This document shows positions 59,070 to 64,000 of a stretch of 64,000 nt of DNA, piece by piece. The number at the start of each line of letters is the position of its first letter. Position 1 is the stretch's first letter. The DNA comes from an uncultured delta proteobacterium (GTDB taxonomy: Bacteria; Myxococcota_A; Polyangia; Polyangiales; JAFGIB01): the NCBI GenBank assembly GCA_963778655.1, contig CAVZVA010000011.1:384001-448000 (forward strand), written 5' to 3'. The notes beneath the pieces were generated by a model that made no database searches, had not been told where the DNA came from, and worked only from the letters and a program-made list of their open reading frames with translations. Both the position numbers and the translations under genes were made by a program.

Positions 59070-60017
59070 ATGAACGACAAACCCTCGGTCTTCATCGACG
59101 GGCAGGCGGGCACCACGGGGCTGCGCATTCGCGAGCTGCTGGGCGGCCGCGGCGACCTGACGCTGCTCGAGATCGAGCCCGCGCGGCGCAAGCAGCCAGA
59201 GGCGCGCGCGGAGCTGCTCAACCGGGCCGACATCGCGGTATTGTGCTTGCCCGACGATGCGGCACGCGAGGCGGTGCAGCTCATCACCAACGGGCACACG
59301 CGCGTGCTCGACAGCAGCAGCGCGCACCGCGTGGCCGACGGCTGGGTCTATGGCCTGCCCGAGCTGGCGCCGGACCAGCGCGCCGCGATCGCCGCCTCGC
59401 AGCGGGTGAGCAATCCCGGCTGCTATCCGACCTGCGTCGCGTTGCTGCTGCGGCCGCTGGTCGACACCGGTCTGCTGCCGGCCGAGACGCCGCTCGCGAT
59501 CCACGCACTGTCGGGTTACAGCGGCGGCGGTCACGCGATGATCGAGCGCTGGGAGCAACAAGACCTGCTCTCGCTTCCCTACGAGGCGCCCTACTCGCTC
59601 GAGCGGCGGCACAAGCACGTGCCGGAGATGATCCGCTACGGGCGGCTGTTGTACGAGCCCTGCTTCGTGCCGGCGGTGGGCCCCTTCCGCTGCGGGATGC
59701 GGGTCGAGATCCCGCTGCACGCGCGCGCCCTGAGCCAGGGAAGCGACGCGGCCGCGATCGATGAAACGCTGCGGGCGCGCTACGCCGGCGAGCGTTTCAT
59801 CTCGGTGTCGCGCCTGGACGACAAGCTCGGCGAGCGCGCGCTCGACCCGACCGCGTGCAACGACAGCAACCGGGTGGCACTCAAGGTGCTGCCACACCCC
59901 AGCGGGCACGTGCTGCTGGTGGCGATCCTCGACAACCTGGGCAAGGGCGCGGCCGGCGCGGCGGTGCAGAACCTCAACCTGATGCTGGGCCTGCCGGAAG
60001 ACCGCGGCTTGAGCTAA
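59070..60017 (+). CDS. argC: N-acetyl-gamma-glutamyl-phosphate reductase (type 2)
   Basis: FIDGQAGTTGL, LCLPD, SSAHR, NPGCYPT, SGYSGGG and DNLGKGAAGAAVQN. Confidence 0.94.
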   Translation: MNDKPSVFIDGQAGTTGLRIRELLGGRGDLTLLEIEPARRKQPEARAELLNRADIAVLCLPDDAAREAVQLITNGHTRVLDSSSAHRVADGWVYGLPELAPDQRAAIAASQRVSNPGCYPTCVALLLRPLVDTGLLPAETPLAIHALSGYSGGGHAMIERWEQQDLLSLPYEAPYSLERRHKHVPEMIRYGRLLYEPCFVPAVGPFRCGMRVEIPLHARALSQGSDAAAIDETLRARYAGERFISVSRLDDKLGERALDPTACNDSNRVALKVLPHPSGHVLLVAILDNLGKGAAGAAVQNLNLMLGLPEDRGLS

Positions 60018-60205
60018 ACCAGAGCTCGCGATTCGGGATCGAATCACAAACTCTGATTTCTGCTTTGATTGTCAGGGAGTCGCGCCGACTCCCTGTGCGC
60101 GAGGCAAAGCCTCGCGCATTCACCCTCTCGCGGTGGTGCGGCATCCGCCGCACCGCTAAAGGACCGATCGGCACGGCCGTTCCCGAATCGTGATCGGCCA
60201 TTTAG
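60014..60205 (+). repeat. Repeat family B, full copy (192 bp)
   Basis: Starts on the argC TAA (CTAA) and ends in TTAG, with multiple hairpins. Followed by TAGGGCACCGA. Confidence 0.92.
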
Positions 60206-60233
60206 GGCACCGATCTGGTAGTCGTACGAGGCC

Positions 60234-60653
60234 CTAGCCCCAGGCGATCTCGAGCGCGACCTCGATCGCGGGTTGCAGGCTGAGCGCGACCGGGCAGGTG
60301 CGGGCGGCGTGCTCGAGCGCGCGGCGGGCTTCGGCGTCGAGCGCGCTCGCGACCTCGGGCGGCACCCGCATGCGCACGGGCAGGCGCTCGATGCGGCGCG
60401 GGGGTTGCTTGCTCATGTGCTTCTCGATGCGGGCGTCAATGCCGTCGATGCGGTAGCCCTTGCGTCCGGCCACGATGCCCATCGTGGTCAGCATGCAGGT
60501 GCCGAGCGCGGTCGCGACCAGATCGGTCGGTGAGAACGACTCGCCCTTGCCCTGATTGTCCGCGGGCGCGTCGGTCGCAAGCCGCGTGGAAGAGGGCCCG
60601 TGCTGCGCGTTGCAATGCAGCTGCCCGTCGTAGTGAATGTCGATCTCGACCAT
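60234..60653 (-). CDS. OsmC family protein
   Basis: TDAPADNQGKGESFSPTDLVATALGTC...TCPV. Confidence 0.92.
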   Translation of the reverse strand: MVEIDIHYDGQLHCNAQHGPSSTRLATDAPADNQGKGESFSPTDLVATALGTCMLTTMGIVAGRKGYRIDGIDARIEKHMSKQPPRRIERLPVRMRVPPEVASALDAEARRALEHAARTCPVALSLQPAIEVALEIAWG

Positions 60654-60755
60654 GTGCGCCTCGCAGAGTTGGGGCCGGCGCGCGCACCGCGCCGCCGCGC
60701 CGACACCCGCTGGTGTAGCAGCCCCGCGGCGGGGCGGGCAAAGCTCCGCGGGGGC

Positions 60756-62654
60756 TCAGCCGGCCGACAGCGTCACGGCCTGGCCCGGCGCCGGCGGAGC
60801 GAACGGAGCGAGGCGCCCGCGCCGCCACGTGCGCCACAGGTAGCGCGGCGAATCGAGCGGGCGGGCGAAATGGAAGTCGCACACCGCGGGGCGCCCGTCC
60901 GCGGTCAGCGCCTCCACCACGACCGTCATCTCGCTGAGCACGATGCGGTCGCCGCGATGGAAGGGGTGGCCCGGGCTGCGCGACTCCCAGCGCGGGTCGA
61001 AGAAGCCGTCTTCGGAGGTCACGCGCAGCACCCGGGTCCCCCGACGCTCGATCTGCGTCGGCCGGGCGGTCGCGCTCAGCCAGTAGAGCTTGTCCGGCCT
61101 GGGCTCGCCTTCGACCGTGCGCATCGCCGGTAGGTAGCTCAGGATCGCGGAGTCCGGAACCCCGGCCACGATCACGGTCTGCTCGCGCAGCGCGGGAGTC
61201 GCGGGCAGGCTGGCGTCGGCGGCCTTGGCGAACGAGGCGACCCAGGCGGGCGAGAGCGCGAGCGCGGGCAGCAGCACGGGATCGACCAGCAGGTGGGCGA
61301 CCGCCAGCAGCCCGGTGAAGAGGCGGCGCAAACGCAGGTCCGCGGCGCCCACACCGCGCAGAGCGTCGTGCATACCGCGGGCCAGCAGCGGCATCACGCC
61401 GAAACCGGCCAGTACCAGCAGCCGATCGCTGGTCAGCGTGGCGCACAGCGGCAGCGTGGCCAGCGCCGCCCCGAGCGCAAAGAAGCGCATCACCGGGCGC
61501 GACTGGTCCTCGCCGTCGCCGGCGGCTGGGCCCCCGGGGGCTTCGCCGACGGGGCGGAAGGGTCGCGCGACCCTCCCGCTAACATGAGCGGTGCTCCGCA
61601 CGCTCGGCCAGACGAACCAGAACAGCGACGCGCAAACCCAGAGCGCAAACGCCAACAGCAGCGGTTGGCTCTGCGTGGGGACCACGTTGTAGATGTCGGA
61701 CGGCACGCGCGAGACCTCGCTCGAAATCAGCACCGTCCAGCGCAGCGGCAGGTTGCGCAGGAACGAAAGCGGCTCGGCCAATGGATCGACGTACACGCCC
61801 AGGCCAAAGCTTCCGTAGCCGGCCGCCGCGCGCGCGCCGGCCCAGATGCCGGCGATTGCGCCGTAGGGCAGCAGCGACGCGACGCGGGTCCGCACCGGGC
61901 CCCGCTCGACGCAAAGCGCATAGGCGAGCAGGTAGCCCACCACACCCAGCGCGAGCTCCCCCGAGATCAACGCCAGCGCAAAGCAGGCGCAGGCGGCCAG
62001 GGCCCGCGACCCGCGCGCGCTGCGGCGCCAGTCGTGATGGAAGAGCAGCGCCGCGATCGCGAACGCGCCCGCGATCAACGCATTGCGGTTCGAGATCCAA
62101 CCGGCCGCCGCGCCGTGGCCGCTGTCGATGGAGAACATCACGCTCGCGACCCCGGCGACCCAGGCTTCCGGCAGCAGCGAGAGATAGGCCTTGGCCGCGA
62201 GCGCCAGCAATAGCGCGAGCCAGGCAAGGCTCTGGAGATGCATCAGGAAGGGATCGCCGGGCCACAGCCAGTGGTCGAGCGCGTGGGTGAGCGAGCTGAG
62301 CGGCCGCATGAAGGCGCAGCGCGCCTGCGCGAAGGTCCACCAGGGCATGCCCTGGCCGTCGATCAACAGACGGTCGTGCACCGGGTCGAGCCAGCGGAAC
62401 AGATCGAACGGCATCCTGCCCGCTAGCTCCGGAGCGCCGGGACGCGCCATCTGCTCGACCAGCACGTAGTCGTCAAGCGAGAAGCCGGAAACCAAGCTCG
62501 GCGCCGCCAGCAGCAGCGCGGCGGCAAGCACGAGATGCCGTGGCCCCGGCCGCTCGAAGCGACGCAGAAACGCGTACAGCCGGCCAGTGCCGCCGCGCGT
62601 AGCCGATTCCGAGCGCAGCGACACGACCGGCCCAACCGGAGTCGAGCCGTCCAT
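60756..62654 (-). CDS. Polytopic membrane protein (GT-C/TMTC-like)
   Basis: LDDY after the first TM, FMRPLSSL, WISNRN, SGELA and DRLL; more than 10 TM. Confidence 0.75.
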   Translation of the reverse strand: MDGSTPVGPVVSLRSESATRGGTGRLYAFLRRFERPGPRHLVLAAALLLAAPSLVSGFSLDDYVLVEQMARPGAPELAGRMPFDLFRWLDPVHDRLLIDGQGMPWWTFAQARCAFMRPLSSLTHALDHWLWPGDPFLMHLQSLAWLALLLALAAKAYLSLLPEAWVAGVASVMFSIDSGHGAAAGWISNRNALIAGAFAIAALLFHHDWRRSARGSRALAACACFALALISGELALGVVGYLLAYALCVERGPVRTRVASLLPYGAIAGIWAGARAAAGYGSFGLGVYVDPLAEPLSFLRNLPLRWTVLISSEVSRVPSDIYNVVPTQSQPLLLAFALWVCASLFWFVWPSVRSTAHVSGRVARPFRPVGEAPGGPAAGDGEDQSRPVMRFFALGAALATLPLCATLTSDRLLVLAGFGVMPLLARGMHDALRGVGAADLRLRRLFTGLLAVAHLLVDPVLLPALALSPAWVASFAKAADASLPATPALREQTVIVAGVPDSAILSYLPAMRTVEGEPRPDKLYWLSATARPTQIERRGTRVLRVTSEDGFFDPRWESRSPGHPFHRGDRIVLSEMTVVVEALTADGRPAVCDFHFARPLDSPRYLWRTWRRGRLAPFAPPAPGQAVTLSAG

Positions 62655-62798
62655 GGAGGGTTGCCGCTACCGCAATCAATGCGGCTGAGCGCGCTTTCTG
62701 TGACTGCAATAGGAACAAAACCGTCGCGTTCGGTATGTCGCGGCCTCCAAGGTTTCGGCGCAGTTGCACGCCGCTGCAACGCGTACCTCTTGGAGCGC

Positions 62799-63791
62799 TC
62801 AAAACTGCGCGGCGCGCCGCTCGACCAGCGGCCAGAAGCGCACAAAGCTGCGCCCGGCGCTGCGCCACATGCGCTCGAGCTCCTCCGCGCCCGCGAGATA
62901 GCGCTGGAATTGCAGCATGCGCGCGTTGTTGACCTCGAGCTCGGAGGGATCTTCATCCGGCTCCAATCGGATCAGCTCAGCCCTGAGCTTGGCGAATATC
63001 GGCCCGCGCGCGCGCAAGGTCTCGGCGGTTGATCGGCTGCTGCCGTACAGGCGCCGCAGCGCGGAGAGCGTGGCGCGCACGGCGCGGTCGACCTGGCGAC
63101 GCCGCTGCTCGTGGTCCTGCAGCTCGCGCAGCAGCGCCGGCGCTTGCGCAAAACGCGAACGGATGTAGCGCGTGGCGCCCACCCGTCCGACGAAGCTCGC
63201 GAGCTGCTCGTCCCAGTCGGTCTGGCCCGCCACGTAGAGCCGCGCGTGCGTCATCTCGTGCAACATGACCTCGACGAACGACACGGTGCCCCGGCGCATC
63301 ATCACGGTCGTGACCGGATCGCGCAGCAGCCCGAGCGTCGAGTAGGCGGTGACGGGCCCGACCCATGTGTCGTAGCCGGCGCGCTCGAGCTCGCGCGCGG
63401 CCGCGCGCGCGTCGGCTTCGTGCACGAACGACTTGTAGGCGACGCTGCCGACGATGGGAAACCACCAGCTGTACGCGCGCAGCCGTGTCTTCTCGCTGGC
63501 CACCAGCACGAACGCGATCGCGCGCCGCTCGGTGGCGTAGTACCCGGCGTAACTGCCGCGGACCGGCAGCTGCATCACGTCGCGCGCAAACGCGCGCAGA
63601 TCCGGAACCATGCGCAGCAGCGCGGAGCGCCGGGGGTCGCGCTCGGTGGCGATCGCGCGCGGCAGCGGCTGCTGCTCGTTCAGCAGCGCGAGCTGACGCC
63701 CGGCCAGATCGGTGAAGTAGCAACCAGCGCACAGCGGCGCCAGCAGCAGCGCCACCACGAGCAGGGGCCGGAACGCGAGCCGGCGCGTCAC
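62799..63791 (-). CDS. Putative zinc aminopeptidase lipoprotein
   Basis: CAGC lipobox, WWFPIVGSVAYK, AYSTLG, HEMTH (HExxH) and EQLASFV. GTG overlaps the upstream stop. Confidence 0.85.
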   Translation of the reverse strand: MTRRLAFRPLLVVALLLAPLCAGCYFTDLAGRQLALLNEQQPLPRAIATERDPRRSALLRMVPDLRAFARDVMQLPVRGSYAGYYATERRAIAFVLVASEKTRLRAYSWWFPIVGSVAYKSFVHEADARAAARELERAGYDTWVGPVTAYSTLGLLRDPVTTVMMRRGTVSFVEVMLHEMTHARLYVAGQTDWDEQLASFVGRVGATRYIRSRFAQAPALLRELQDHEQRRRQVDRAVRATLSALRRLYGSSRSTAETLRARGPIFAKLRAELIRLEPDEDPSELEVNNARMLQFQRYLAGAEELERMWRSAGRSFVRFWPLVERRAAQF

Positions 63792-64000
63792 GGCGGCGGC
63801 GGCGCCGAGACCAGCGGGGCCGGTGCTGCGACTGGCTCGAAGCTCATGCGCATGAAGCGCTCGGGCAGCTCCAGCCCCAACAGAGCCAGGCACGGCGGGA
63901 AGCTTTCGTCGGGGTAGTTGTAGCGGCGGTGCATGCGGTGGAAGTTCTCGGAAGCGTCGAGCTTGAGCATGATCGAGTTGAGCCCGAAGGTGATGCGGTT
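63788..64000 (-). CDS. C-terminal end of a gene entering from the right (possibly ABC1/AarF kinase)
   Basis: Frame is open to the window edge: NRITFGLNSIMLKLDASENF. The family guess is weak. Confidence 0.55.
   Translation of the reverse strand, partial: NRITFGLNSIMLKLDASENFHRMHRRYNYPDESFPPCLALLGLELPERFMRMSFEPVAAPAPLVSAPPPP

Noticed and set aside
1..64000. tRNA, rRNA, prophage, transposase or defence island
   Set aside because: No recognisable signatures by eye; the lone TIR gene lacks defence partners.

Overview
This is a very GC-rich bacterial chromosomal segment, probably Myxococcota (Polyangiales-like). That assignment is inferred from the Hanks-type Ser/Thr kinases, Cys-rich and Gly/Pro-rich lipoproteins and an AgmX/PglI-like domain. 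It carries about 45 real genes, mostly transport, lipid/acyl-CoA metabolism, signalling, protein quality control, argC and infA; most other ORF-track entries are antisense or off-frame shadows. I saw no rRNA, tRNA, CRISPR array, integrase or transposase. Highlights: (1) two tandem paralogous lipoproteins fuse a CxxCH c-type heme domain to a PHM/DBM-type copper monooxygenase with all six Cu ligands, each preceded at the same distance by a conserved 52-bp AT-rich motif; (2) a cNMP-binding/ThrRS-like/uridine-kinase fusion is in an operon with TauE and DUF1634; (3) several families of small non-coding palindromic elements occur (MITE-like elements with TAG-N-GCACCG ends, a 192-bp multi-hairpin repeat, a GGAAG-based REP-like hairpin), some stacked together and one palindromic segment apparently inserted in frame in a gene; (4) one lipoprotein resembles the plant XLG/EDR4 'YWYD' domain; (5) infA apparently starts at CTG; (6) there is a pseudokinase and an E-to-Q TIR protein; (7) there are signs of gene decay (collapsed MaoC, truncated thiolase, orphan RCC1 repeat) and three frameshifts that may be sequencing errors. 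Family assignments come from motif recognition only; no searches were run.
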